DNA from: a virus | Taxonomy: Duplodnaviria; Caudoviricetes | Virus record (IMG/VR): IMGVR_UViG_3300046791_000289 | Span: 1-63,218 of that record | Length of the DNA stretch: 63,218 nt | Strand: one strand, 5' to 3' | In this document: positions 1 to 8,873 of the stretch, piece after piece | Position numbering within the stretch: the stretch's first letter is position 1 | Layout of the letters: each line of letters begins with the position of its first letter | Made by a program: the position numbers and the translations under genes | The notes under the pieces: generated by a model | What the model was told of the DNA's origin: nothing | Database searches by the model: none | The model's input: only the letters and a program-made list of their open reading frames with translations

Positions 1-147
1 CTCCAGGATCTGGCCGCGGGTGAGCGAGCCCAGGCCAGACCAGGACACGAGCCCGCCGATCGCGCCCTCCTGGACGCCGGCGATGAGCTGGCCGTGGGTG
101 AGGTACTCAACGCCGGCCGCCGTCGGCGCGGCGCCGGTCGCGCGCAG
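1..147. repeat. Terminal direct repeat, copy 1 (circular assembly overlap)
   Basis: 1-126 is identical to 63072-63197. The next 21 nt match with 3 mismatches (positions 127, 138, 146). Confidence 0.95.
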
Positions 148-651
148 GGCGCCCGCCGCCGCGCTCTCTACGGTGTAGCGGGTCGCCTGGCCGCGGGCCG
201 CGATGACGGGGACGTTGTAGCCGGCCACCGGGTTGACGTCGCCGGGGAGGACGCCACCCCGGACGAGGCCGGCGGAGGCCGCGTTGTGCGCCGCCTCCTG
301 GGCGAGGGTGGCGAACTCGGCCGGGGCCTGGACCGCCGCGACGGCCGCCGCCTGCTCTCCGGCGAGGTCGACCGGGCGGGTCGTGCGGGTCGGCACCGGG
401 TGACGCGGGCGAGAGCAGGTCGCGCACACCTCACGGTCGAGGAGTCGAACCGTCGCGCGCGCGGCGCGGCCGGCGGTGAGGCTGCACTCGCACCAACGGA
501 CGCCACGGACCACCGGAGGCTCCGCGGAGAGGACCACATGGGCGGCGCCGCCCGCGGTCGGCGGGCCGTCGAGGTCCAGCTCGATCATCGAGCCGAAATC
601 GGCGGTGTCATCGTTGGCGGCGGCGGGGACGGTGTCGGTTGCGTTGCTCAT
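1..651 (-). CDS. N-terminal part of a ~494-aa junction-spanning protein (DUF6744-like C-terminus); continues at 63071-62238
   Basis: ATG at 651 directly behind a promoter motif. No in-frame stop down to base 1, ending ...RGQILE, in frame with ORF 62238..63119. Cys pairs CECS and CATC. Confidence 0.75.
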   Translation of the reverse strand, partial: MSNATDTVPAAANDDTADFGSMIELDLDGPPTAGGAAHVVLSAEPPVVRGVRWCECSLTAGRAARATVRLLDREVCATCSRPRHPVPTRTTRPVDLAGEQAAAVAAVQAPAEFATLAQEAAHNAASAGLVRGGVLPGDVNPVAGYNVPVIAARGQATRYTVESAAAGALRATGAAPTAAGVEYLTHGQLIAGVQEGAIGGLVSWSGLGSLTRGQILE

Positions 652-691
652 GACCTATGACTATCAGAGCGGCGCATGACTGGTCAACATG
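649..691 (-). promoter_or_regulatory. Leaderless promoter/operator cassette, copy A
   Basis: Minus strand reads CATG-TTGACC-agtc-ATG...gaTAgtcataggtc-ATG. 30 nt from the -35 hexamer to the start codon. Confidence 0.7.
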
Positions 692-766
692 TTTAACAAC
701 GAAATTCGCGAACCGGGATCGCATCCGATGGGTGACCGCTCCCACCGGTAGCGTCCGGCCGCCGCG

Positions 767-1108
767 TCACCCGTCGTCGACCGCTACCGGTAGCGTCGCG
801 GCCAGCTCATCGATCATCGACCGCACGTAGTGCTGGTCGGACATCGCGCGGGCGCGCGCCTGGGCGGCGATCCGCTGCCAGACCGGCGTGGGGAGGTCGA
901 TCGAGAGCACGACCGGATCGATCACCGGCGGCGGTCGGTTGTGCTTGCCGTCGAGGTCGTCGGCGTCGCCCGCGACCGCGGCGAGGATCCCGTTGTGGAT
1001 CGCGACGACGGCCGCGCGGAACCCGCCGCACGGCGTGAGCAGGATCAGGAGCGAGCCGCACCGGTAGCGGTGGCCGCCGTCGCTCGAGGTGATCGCGGGG
1101 AACGTCAC
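767..1108 (-). CDS. Hypothetical protein, possible C-terminal ribbon-helix-helix
   Basis: GTG overlaps the upstream stop (GTGA). C-terminus LSIDLPTPVWQRIAAQARARAMSDQHYVRSMI resembles RHH/CopG. Confidence 0.5.
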   Translation of the reverse strand: MTFPAITSSDGGHRYRCGSLLILLTPCGGFRAAVVAIHNGILAAVAGDADDLDGKHNRPPPVIDPVVLSIDLPTPVWQRIAAQARARAMSDQHYVRSMIDELAATLPVAVDDG

Positions 1109-1332
1109 CAGTCGCCGCCGCTGGCACCGCACGATTCGCTCTCCAGGATGCGATCGCGCCTGGCCTCGCCATGACCATCGTGTGATGGGCCGCTCATCAT
1201 GTGCATCGTGGACGATCCGTCCAGATAGAGCGTCCAGCCGACCGCGGCCAGCTTAGCGAGGTCACGACACGCACGGCGAAAGCGCGCCACCTCACGAGGG
1301 GTCGGAGGTCTCGGCGGAGCCGGGTCGCTCAT
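1105..1332 (-). CDS. Small hypothetical phage protein
   Basis: 4-nt overlaps with both neighbours. Ends GPSHD...GGDW. Confidence 0.65.
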   Translation of the reverse strand: MSDPAPPRPPTPREVARFRRACRDLAKLAAVGWTLYLDGSSTMHMMSGPSHDGHGEARRDRILESESCGASGGDW

Positions 1333-2147
1333 CGCTTGCGCGCCTTGTGGGCGGTGGGGCCGGGATCCTGCGGAGGATCGGTCGGTGCGCCGGCCCCGAG
1401 TTGGAACCGGCCCCCGAGAGCGTCCAGGACGAGCGCCGCATCCGCGACGCCGTCCCCGAACATGCTCTCCAGTTTCCCGTGGAGTCCCTGGAGCGCCTCC
1501 GATACGGCGATCAGCGTGCTGTATCGCGACTCCGTGAACGGGATCAGGCGCCGCGTTGACTCGTGCCGGACCGTGACCGTCTCCTCGTGGGCGACCGTCC
1601 ACTCATCGCCCGTGAGTTCCATCCGGCGCCATACCTTCGCGGGATACGTCCCGCCGTGATACGTCGTCGGGAATTCGTTGCTGATCTCATACACGACGAA
1701 CTCGATCGAGAACCCGGAGATCGGCTCCGCCTCGTTCTCCGACCCCCACCGTTTGCCGTCGAGTCCCGTCCGTCGTGCGCGATGCTTCGCGTCGTAGTCC
1801 ACTTCGATGAACCGCTCGAACGTGTAGGACTCGGCGGCCGCGAGATGCTTGCGCATCGCGCTCTCCATGCTCTCCAGATCCCGAGCCCCAAACGTCACGC
1901 CAAGGAAGTTCGCGCCGAACTCGCCATGACGCCGCGAGAACAAGACCGCCGCGCCGACGGTGCGTAGCTTCCCCTCGATCAGGATCGTATCGAATTTCTT
2001 GAACCCGAGATCACGCCACTGGCGCGCGCCGCGCTCGCCGGCCGTCACCTCTACTTTCCCGATCTGGCGCGCGCGATGTGCCAGGCGATTCGCCTCGCGT
2101 TCCGCCTCGCGTTCCGCCTCATCGTCATCCGCTCGCGATCGCGTCAC
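1329..2147 (-). CDS. Hypothetical protein
   Basis: GTGA overlap with the Nudix stop. Normal globular composition in a GC3-rich frame. Confidence 0.7.
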   Translation of the reverse strand: MTRSRADDDEAEREAEREANRLAHRARQIGKVEVTAGERGARQWRDLGFKKFDTILIEGKLRTVGAAVLFSRRHGEFGANFLGVTFGARDLESMESAMRKHLAAAESYTFERFIEVDYDAKHRARRTGLDGKRWGSENEAEPISGFSIEFVVYEISNEFPTTYHGGTYPAKVWRRMELTGDEWTVAHEETVTVRHESTRRLIPFTESRYSTLIAVSEALQGLHGKLESMFGDGVADAALVLDALGGRFQLGAGAPTDPPQDPGPTAHKARKR

Positions 2148-2644
2148 GGCGTCACCTGGCCCGTGGCGCGCAACCATTGCTTGATCTGGCCATAGACCAG
2201 GTACGTGCCGGGCGTGCACGGCATGCGGCGGATCGCGTGTTCGAGATCGAACCAGCCGATCGAGGTGTGGTCGAGCGGCTGGGGCTTCGGGTCGCGCTCG
2301 ACGAACGCGACCGAGTAGCAGTAGATCTCGACCAGCTCCTCGATCTCGAACGAGGCATGCGCGACGGCGACGCCAACGGCAATGGAGACGCCAAGCTCCT
2401 CACGCCATTCGCGCGCGAGCGCGATGCGCCTCGTCTCCGGTCCCGTGTAGTGCGGCGTGTAGCCGGATGCCGGCTCGCCGCCGGCGTCGCTGGCCTCGAC
2501 CTTTCCGCCGGGAAACTCGTACATCGACGGCCGGAGCTTGCTCGGCTTCCGTAGGCCCATCAAGAACGCGGGCGCGCCGACGGTGCCGACGCCCGGTAGG
2601 CCCAGGCTGTAGGGCTGGACGCAGAGCCCTGCGACGACGATCAC
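2144..2644 (-). CDS. Nudix hydrolase (MutT-like)
   Basis: YEFPGGKVE...ET...ALAREWREELGV Nudix box, with an insertion. Confidence 0.85.
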   Translation of the reverse strand: MIVVAGLCVQPYSLGLPGVGTVGAPAFLMGLRKPSKLRPSMYEFPGGKVEASDAGGEPASGYTPHYTGPETRRIALAREWREELGVSIAVGVAVAHASFEIEELVEIYCYSVAFVERDPKPQPLDHTSIGWFDLEHAIRRMPCTPGTYLVYGQIKQWLRATGQVTP

Positions 2645-3930
2645 GGGCGCACCATGCCATCACGGATCACGATCGCGTCCGTGTCCGCCTCGCCGACGCG
2701 CTCGATCCACACGCGCATGTCCCGCGCGATCGCGAACGCCTCGATCGCCGCGAGCGAGTCCTCGTCGAGGAGCGCGCCGTCCTTGATCCAGATCTCGCGG
2801 AGGTCGCGCGCGCTCGCCGCCGCGAGCCCGAGCGCCACACGGATCCGCTGGGCGCCGCTGGCCTGGGCGAACGGGAGGCCGTCGAACGTGATCCCGGTGT
2901 CGTCGAACCCGAGGCCGTCGACGGGGAGCGCGGTGCTCGAGAGGATGGCGGCCTTGGTCGCGTCGGCGAGCGCGAGATCGCCGTCGAGGTCGGCGACCTG
3001 GGCGGCGAGGTTGACGCGCTCGGCATCTTGCTCGCGGTGGGCCTTGGTCGTCGCGACGTAGGCGAGCCGCCGGGACTCGGCGCCCATCACGTCCGCGAGC
3101 GCGCGATCGTTCGCGGCGACCTCGGCTCGAACCTGATCGAGGTCGCCGAGCGCGGCGAGCTGGATCCGCGCGTTGTTGGCGCGGCCCGCGGCCGCGATCT
3201 GGCGCGCGATCGCGGCCGCGCGCTCATCCTGGAGCTTGGCGATCCGTTTCTCGAGGTCGTCGATCTCTCGATGCATCGCGTTGGCCTCGCGCTCGCCGCG
3301 CTCGATCGCCTCCGCGCAGTTACGCTCGCTGGCGAGCTTGCCCGCCAGCACGACGCCGCGCTCGCGTAGCTCGCCGATGTTCGCCGGCGCCGCGCGCGCG
3401 ACCGGCGTGGGGCCGCGCGCCTCGATCCGCGCCTCGAGCTTGCCGAGATCGCGCTTGACGTCGGTGCGCGCGGCGAAGGCCTTCGCCCGGCTCGCGTCGA
3501 TCTCGGCGATCTGTGCGGCCTCCGGGATCACCGCGAGGAGCGCGGCCCGTTGCTCCGCCGCCGCGCGCTGGAGGAACGCGAGCGGGTCCAGGAACCGCGT
3601 CCCGATGAGCGCGTCGAGCCGCTCCTGCGGCCGCCTCACCTGGCCGTGCGCATCGGACACCTCGAGCGTGGCGCCCGTCGGTCCGAACGTCCGCCGGATC
3701 TGGAGACCGTCATCGGTCTCGATCGCGATCGTCGCGCGCTTCGCGCCGCGCCGGATCGGCTCCTGCGGCGCCGTGCGCGTGCCCCGGAGCGCGGCGTCGA
3801 GCGCGTCGAGGATCGATGATTTGCCCTGGGCGTTGGCGCCCGCGATCAAGATGATCGAGCGCTCACCGGGGATGATCGCGACGTGCGCGATCCGCTTGAA
3901 GTCGTCGATGCGCAACGCGGTGATCTTCAC
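2641..3930 (-). CDS. SbcC/Rad50-like (SMC-type) coiled-coil ATPase
   Basis: GTG start after AGGAGA. Walker A GANAQGKS, central coiled coil, signature ASGAQ, Walker B/D-loop IWIKDGALLD. Confidence 0.85.
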   Translation of the reverse strand: MKITALRIDDFKRIAHVAIIPGERSIILIAGANAQGKSSILDALDAALRGTRTAPQEPIRRGAKRATIAIETDDGLQIRRTFGPTGATLEVSDAHGQVRRPQERLDALIGTRFLDPLAFLQRAAAEQRAALLAVIPEAAQIAEIDASRAKAFAARTDVKRDLGKLEARIEARGPTPVARAAPANIGELRERGVVLAGKLASERNCAEAIERGEREANAMHREIDDLEKRIAKLQDERAAAIARQIAAAGRANNARIQLAALGDLDQVRAEVAANDRALADVMGAESRRLAYVATTKAHREQDAERVNLAAQVADLDGDLALADATKAAILSSTALPVDGLGFDDTGITFDGLPFAQASGAQRIRVALGLAAASARDLREIWIKDGALLDEDSLAAIEAFAIARDMRVWIERVGEADTDAIVIRDGMVRP

Positions 3931-4595
3931 GGGGTCTCCTTGCGGGTCGCGGTGAGTTCGCGCTCGCATTGCTCGAGGGCGATGTTGATCTCGGCGGCTT
4001 GCTCGGTCGTGCCTCCGCGATCGGGGTGGACGGCCGCCATGGCGCGGCGGTAGCGGTTGCGCGCGAGGCCGAGCGTGTCCTCGTCGCCGAGATCGGCGGG
4101 CCACGCGCCGCCCCACGGTGGCGCGCCCAGCACTTCGCGCCAGTCGCGCGCGGGCGTCTCCGACGATCCGGGCGGGAGGGCCGCGAATCCGGCGAACGCC
4201 TGTGAGACGGTGACGGCGCCCCATCGATCCAGCCCGCGCATCGCCTCGAGCGAGAGCGCGACGGCATGGAGGTTGTCGGCGACGGTGCGCCAGCGATCGC
4301 ACGGCATGGCGTGCGGCACGAGCGTGCCGGTGTCGTTCGGCATCGCCCAATAGACCGCGACGCCAGCATCGACGCCGCGGCCGGGCTCCTCGGAGTAGGG
4401 CGCGCCGTTGGCCTTGAGCGGCACGTTCGACGAGATCACGAGGTTCTTGCCGCCGATCAGCGCGACGGCGCGACGGATGATCTCGATCTCGCCAGCGATC
4501 GTGGCGCCCTTGAAGCGGCTGGGCTCGGGGTCGCGGGTCCGGCGCACGGCGGCGGGCCAGCGCAGGGGATGTGCAGAGGTCGGAATCGTGATCAC
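3927..4595 (-). CDS. Phage J-domain protein
   Basis: C-terminal ...RYRRAMAAVHPDRGG HPD motif. N-terminal HPLRWP..RRT...SRF typical of this phage family. Confidence 0.85.
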   Translation of the reverse strand: MITIPTSAHPLRWPAAVRRTRDPEPSRFKGATIAGEIEIIRRAVALIGGKNLVISSNVPLKANGAPYSEEPGRGVDAGVAVYWAMPNDTGTLVPHAMPCDRWRTVADNLHAVALSLEAMRGLDRWGAVTVSQAFAGFAALPPGSSETPARDWREVLGAPPWGGAWPADLGDEDTLGLARNRYRRAMAAVHPDRGGTTEQAAEINIALEQCERELTATRKETP

Positions 4596-4602
4596 GGGGA
4601 GG

Positions 4603-5880
4603 TCACTCCGGTTGGGGATTGTCGGTGGGGTCGTCGCTGGCGGTCGTGTACTCGACGAGGCGCGGCTTGATCGGGGCGTCGATGCCGCCCGCGGCGCGGA
4701 TCGCCTCGACGATCGCCTCCGCGTCCTTGCCCTTCTGCCGTGGGGCCGCGTGTGCCTTAGCGACGGCCTCCACGGCTTTCTTGGTCGTCGCGAGCTTGAC
4801 CGCCTCGCCTGCGGCCACATCGCCGTAGCGCGTGCGGAGAACCTCGAACGCAACATCGCCGTCGATCTTGTCGTTCCCCTCGCACGTGACCATCCCGAGC
4901 CAGCGCTTGCGGCCGGTGTCGGCGTCCTCGCCGAGCGGGATCGGTACGACGGTCGCGAGCGCGTGGATCTTGGTCTCCAGCGCGTTGAGGGTGGCCTTGT
5001 TCGCGCGGATCACGCGGAGGAGGTCGCCCGCGCGCGCGGGGTTGATCGCGATCGGCTGGCCGTCCTCCTCGGATGCGAAGGGCAGATCGAGCGCGGTGCG
5101 GATGAGGCCGGTGGTCGCCGGGCAGTAGACGCGCGCCGGGCACCACGTACACCACTCGCCGGCGACGACGTGCGGCGGCGGGTCGCCGGCGTCGAGCGCG
5201 GCGCGGACCTCGTCGGCCCGTACCCAGGTCGCGCTCACGTCCGCCGCGTAGGCGTCGAGCGTGGCCGCGTCGTAGGTCGCGCGCATCACGACCGGATCAT
5301 GATCCTCGTCGCGCCAGACCGCGATCCATGAGTGGACGCGCGAGAGCCCGAGCGCGCGCGAGAGCGCGAGCGCGCTCGACAACATCTGATCGTTCTCGCG
5401 CGGGTGCGCACGGAACGACCAGCCGCGTTTGAAGTCGAGTACGACGCCGACATCGCCCGCGGCGCCGCCGAGATCGATCGTCATGGCGAACTCGTGCGGG
5501 CTCGCGAGGCCGTCGTAGCGGCGCGCGAGCCCGGCGCCGAGCACGCGACCTTCCCCGGTCTGGACGTCGAACGCGAGCGCCAGCTCCGGCGTGAGCCCGA
5601 GCAAGCGATCGATGCGCGCCACGTCGAGGTCGACGAGCGCGAGCCGCGCGAACGGCGGCGCGTCCTCGAGCGCCAGGCGGCGCGCGTCGGTCGCCGGCGT
5701 GCCGGCGCCGATCGCGCCCCCCATCACCTCCAGGAACCGGTGGAGGATGCGGCCGGCGTCGCTGGGCTCGCTATCGGTGTCGATCTGCGGGAGCGCCCAA
5801 CTCGCGGCGCACTTCCGGGCGCGCCAGATCGAGGAGCCGGAGCGGCGCACGCGCCAGTGGCGAGGCTTCGCGGGGGCCAC
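4603..5880 (-). CDS. PD-(D/E)XK exonuclease, Cas4/AddB-like with Fe-S cysteines
   Basis: N-terminal Cys, G..LH, TIDL...VLDFKRG...Q, and CTWCPARVYCP. Adjacent to RecT. Confidence 0.8.
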   Translation of the reverse strand: MAPAKPRHWRVRRSGSSIWRARKCAASWALPQIDTDSEPSDAGRILHRFLEVMGGAIGAGTPATDARRLALEDAPPFARLALVDLDVARIDRLLGLTPELALAFDVQTGEGRVLGAGLARRYDGLASPHEFAMTIDLGGAAGDVGVVLDFKRGWSFRAHPRENDQMLSSALALSRALGLSRVHSWIAVWRDEDHDPVVMRATYDAATLDAYAADVSATWVRADEVRAALDAGDPPPHVVAGEWCTWCPARVYCPATTGLIRTALDLPFASEEDGQPIAINPARAGDLLRVIRANKATLNALETKIHALATVVPIPLGEDADTGRKRWLGMVTCEGNDKIDGDVAFEVLRTRYGDVAAGEAVKLATTKKAVEAVAKAHAAPRQKGKDAEAIVEAIRAAGGIDAPIKPRLVEYTTASDDPTDNPQPE

Positions 5881-5884
5881 CTGG

Positions 5885-7120
5885 TCACGCCTTTCGCGCG
5901 TCGCGGCCGGTCTTGGCCACGTCGGGCGCCGCGGCCCGTTCGTTGTAGAGGCCCGCGAGGCGATCGGCCATCGCGCCGCAGGCCTTGTCAGTGCCGGCCT
6001 GGGCGCGCCAGATCGCGATCATCGGCGAGAGCGGCCGGAGCGTGGCCATCGTCCCGCACACGGAGAGCGTGGCCTCGAACTCGTCGATCACGAGCGTGGT
6101 GATCGCCTCCACCGTGAGGCCGGCCACGGCATCGCCCGTGAGCCGCGTGCTCTTGCTCGCGCGCGCGTAGGCCGTGAGCGCGGCGAGGAACCGCGGCGAC
6201 GGCATCTCCTCGGCCTCGACGATCGCCGCCGGCTCGTCGCCAAACGGCGAATCGTCGACGGGCCCGCGCTCGGTCGCGGTCTCCGCCCAGCCCGGCATGC
6301 GATCGCGGACGTGCTCGGCGAGCGCGGCGCCATGCGTCGCCGCGTCGCCGCGGTCGGTAGTGGCCGTGCGATCTGGAGCGGCCACCGCCGTGACATCGAT
6401 CGGTCGGAACGCTGGCATCGCCGGCATCGCGACTCGATCGTCCTCGTCGCGCTCCTGTAGCTCCTCGAGTTCCTCGCGCGTGTACATTCCAAAGATCACA
6501 TCCTGGAATGCCGCCTTGACGGCCTTGGTCTGCGTCCGGTTGCGGAGCATGTCATCCGGCGAACTCATCCACGTGGCCTTGTTTTTCCAGCTCTGCGATT
6601 GCTTGTCGTAGCGCTTGTCGCCGTTCCGCTTGCTGACCTCTCCGCGGGTGAGCGCATAGGTGCGCTTGTGCCCCTCGGGCCAGTCCTTGCGTTCGACCTC
6701 GATCGAGCATCGCGCCTCGTCGAGATCGATCACCTCGAACCGTCGACAAACGGGGCTCGCACGCACGAGCGCGACCAGCGCATCGCTCCAGTACCCGATC
6801 TTGATCTCGCCACCCTCGCCGGGAAACGCGTAGGTCGCACGGATCGCCTGGATCGGCGTGAAGCCCATCTCTACGCCCTGGAGGATGACTAGCGTGAGGT
6901 TCGCCTCGTTCTGGAGCGCGGTCGGGAGGATCTTGGCCGCGCATAGGATCTTGGCGATCGTCTGGACCTGGACGATGCGCGCCGCTACCTCCGCGATCGA
7001 GTCGAGGCTCCGGCTGGCGACGGAGGTAGTCACGGCGTCCGCGAGGCGAGCAATCGCGGCATCGCCGCTGGGGAGCGCGTCGCGTCGGGCGATCGCGTGG
7101 TTCGGTTCTGATTCTGGCAT
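5885..7120 (-). CDS. recT: RecT/Beta-family single-strand annealing protein
   Basis: GVEMGFTPIQA and W...PDDMLRNRT..KAVKAAF.DV..GMYTREEL. Paired with an exonuclease. Confidence 0.8.
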   Translation of the reverse strand: MPESEPNHAIARRDALPSGDAAIARLADAVTTSVASRSLDSIAEVAARIVQVQTIAKILCAAKILPTALQNEANLTLVILQGVEMGFTPIQAIRATYAFPGEGGEIKIGYWSDALVALVRASPVCRRFEVIDLDEARCSIEVERKDWPEGHKRTYALTRGEVSKRNGDKRYDKQSQSWKNKATWMSSPDDMLRNRTQTKAVKAAFQDVIFGMYTREELEELQERDEDDRVAMPAMPAFRPIDVTAVAAPDRTATTDRGDAATHGAALAEHVRDRMPGWAETATERGPVDDSPFGDEPAAIVEAEEMPSPRFLAALTAYARASKSTRLTGDAVAGLTVEAITTLVIDEFEATLSVCGTMATLRPLSPMIAIWRAQAGTDKACGAMADRLAGLYNERAAAPDVAKTGRDARKA

Positions 7121-7208
7121 GTCCGACGAGTATCATGGCCGCTCATGCCACGCAAGCGGATACAACGCGGATGGTTGCATCGCCAGGCGGGATCGCCCAC
7201 GGTGCGGC

Positions 7209-7502
7209 ATGGTCGACCTCAAGAAATTTCCGCCGAGTCCGATCCGGGCCTGGCTCGCCAAGCACCACGTCTCGCAGGCGGAGTTGGCCGCGCTCCTCGA
7301 CGTCGCGCTCTTCACGGTCTCGCGCTGGACGCGCGATGTCGTGCGGCCGCCCGATGAGCAAAAAATCTTGCTCGCAGAGGTCACCCGCGTATGGGAGCAC
7401 CAGAATCAGGTGCCGGGGCGCCGCGAGCCGATCCGCGGGATCCCGGTCTCGAGCTGGTACCACCGCGACCCCAAGCCGCGAATCTCGCGCAAATCATCTT
7501 GA
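7209..7502 (+). CDS. XRE-family HTH regulator
   Basis: IRAWL...VSQAELAALLDVALFTVSRW..D..RP. Confidence 0.8.
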   Translation: MVDLKKFPPSPIRAWLAKHHVSQAELAALLDVALFTVSRWTRDVVRPPDEQKILLAEVTRVWEHQNQVPGRREPIRGIPVSSWYHRDPKPRISRKSS

Positions 7503-7537
7503 CTCGGCATGTCGCGCGACTATACACATTGACCATG
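7495..7537 (+). promoter_or_regulatory. Leaderless promoter/operator cassette, copy B
   Basis: CATC-TTGACT-cggc-ATG...taTAcacattgacc-ATG. 30-nt spacing to ATG 7535. Confidence 0.7.
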
Positions 7538-7831
7538 GCAAACGACGAGACCGAATCCCCCGCCGCGCTCCCGGGTGCGGCCCTCCTCCGTGACTGGCGG
7601 ACTACCGCCGACAAAACGCAAACGGACCTCGCGTTTCTCGTGGGCTCCAACGCGAGCCGGATCTCAGACCTCGAGCGTGGCGCGGCCATCCCGACGGTGG
7701 AGTTGGCCGTGCGCATCGAGACCACCACGGAGGGCGCGGTCCCCGTGCACGCGTGGGTGCGCCCCGAGTTCGCGCGCCTCGCGCCGGCGATCCTCGAGCG
7801 CGTCTCGGCCCTCGCGTCCGCCGCCGCCTGA
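7535..7831 (+). CDS. XRE-family HTH regulator (Cro-like)
   Basis: LRDWR....TQTDLAFLVG...SRISDLERG...P..ELAVRIE..T.GAVP...W. Confidence 0.85.
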   Translation: MANDETESPAALPGAALLRDWRTTADKTQTDLAFLVGSNASRISDLERGAAIPTVELAVRIETTTEGAVPVHAWVRPEFARLAPAILERVSALASAAA

Positions 7832-7898
7832 TCGCCATGCGAAACCGGAGGGGTTCGCGGCGGTGCCCGCTCACCGCCGGCATGGAGGCGTGCGCCCG

Positions 7899-8873
7899 AT
7901 GACCATCGACGTCGAGCACGACCACTACGTGCGCGTGTGGACGCGGGACACGGTGACGTGGTCGCTCCTCTCGTGGGAGGCGCGCGCCGTGCTCGTCCTC
8001 GCCTTGCGCAAGGCCGATCGGGCCGGGCTCATCCCGCATCAAGGCGCGTTCGCGCGTGGCCTCGCCGCGGTGATCGGCGGCGGCATTCCGGTGGAGGTCG
8101 TCGAGCGTGCGCTCGCCCAGCTCCAACTCCAGCCGCCGGACGCCACGGACACGCCGGTGATCGTGGCCACGTCCGCCTGCTACGTGTTCCCGCGGTTCGT
8201 GGCGCTCCAGGAGTCCCGCGCGAGCGACAAGAAACGCCAGCGCGAGGCGCGTGCGCGGCGCCGAGACTTCGCCCTCCGCGACTCGCGGATGACTGGCGCG
8301 ATCGTCACGTCGCGTGACACGACGTCACCGGACGTGACCGAACCAACCGAAACCGTCACGCCGTGCTGTGCTGTGCTCTCTGATCCGGAGGATCCGGATC
8401 AGATCTCAGATCAGGCCCCGTCTATCCCTCCTCTCCAACTGGAGGTCGATCGAGATCTTCCGCGGAGCCCCAAGCCGGCCAAGACCCGGCGACCGCTCGA
8501 CCCTGTCCAGCTTCCGATCGGCGAGGTCGTGCTCGCCCTGCCATGCCTCCGCGGCGTCGAGTACGCGATCACCGCGCCCGTGCTCGCCGAGTTCCGCGGC
8601 GTCTATCCCGGCGTCGACGTAGAGCAGGAGGCCCGCAAGGCCCGGCTCTGGCTCCTCGCCGATCCGAGCCGGTGGAAAACGCTCCGCGGCGCCCGGCGGT
8701 TCCTCACGTCGTGGATCGACCGCGCGCAGAACCAGTCACGCGGCACCGGACTCGCGCGCGGCACCGGCGAGTGGTCGCGGCGGACGATCGAGGCCGCCGA
8801 GCGCGATCGCCTCGCCGCCGAGTCACACCCCGCGGTCGACGATCGCCCACCGCCCGACGACGAGGATGCATGA
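7899..8873 (+). CDS. Replication initiator / replisome organiser
   Basis: GGAGG RBS. C-terminal YPGVDVEQE..K...WL..DP...KT..G..RFL..W..RAQ module, internal iteron-like repeats, precedes a loader-like gene. Confidence 0.7.
   Translation: MTIDVEHDHYVRVWTRDTVTWSLLSWEARAVLVLALRKADRAGLIPHQGAFARGLAAVIGGGIPVEVVERALAQLQLQPPDATDTPVIVATSACYVFPRFVALQESRASDKKRQREARARRRDFALRDSRMTGAIVTSRDTTSPDVTEPTETVTPCCAVLSDPEDPDQISDQAPSIPPLQLEVDRDLPRSPKPAKTRRPLDPVQLPIGEVVLALPCLRGVEYAITAPVLAEFRGVYPGVDVEQEARKARLWLLADPSRWKTLRGARRFLTSWIDRAQNQSRGTGLARGTGEWSRRTIEAAERDRLAAESHPAVDDRPPPDDEDA
8304..8414. repeat. Putative replication origin: GTCAC-N5-GTGAC palindromes followed by a GATC cluster
   Basis: Palindromes at 8304-8318 and 8324-8338, a half-site at 8355, then five GATC in about 35 bp, all inside the initiator gene as in lambdoid origins. 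Confidence 0.55.

Noticed and set aside
4603-5880. Cas4-like nuclease as evidence of a CRISPR system
   Set aside because: No array or other cas genes. The context is a RecET-like pair.
7118-7155. recT upstream region as a seventh copy of the promoter cassette
   Set aside because: It has TTGCGT and GGCATG, but the spacing and the CAT-N11-ATG register around the -35 do not match.
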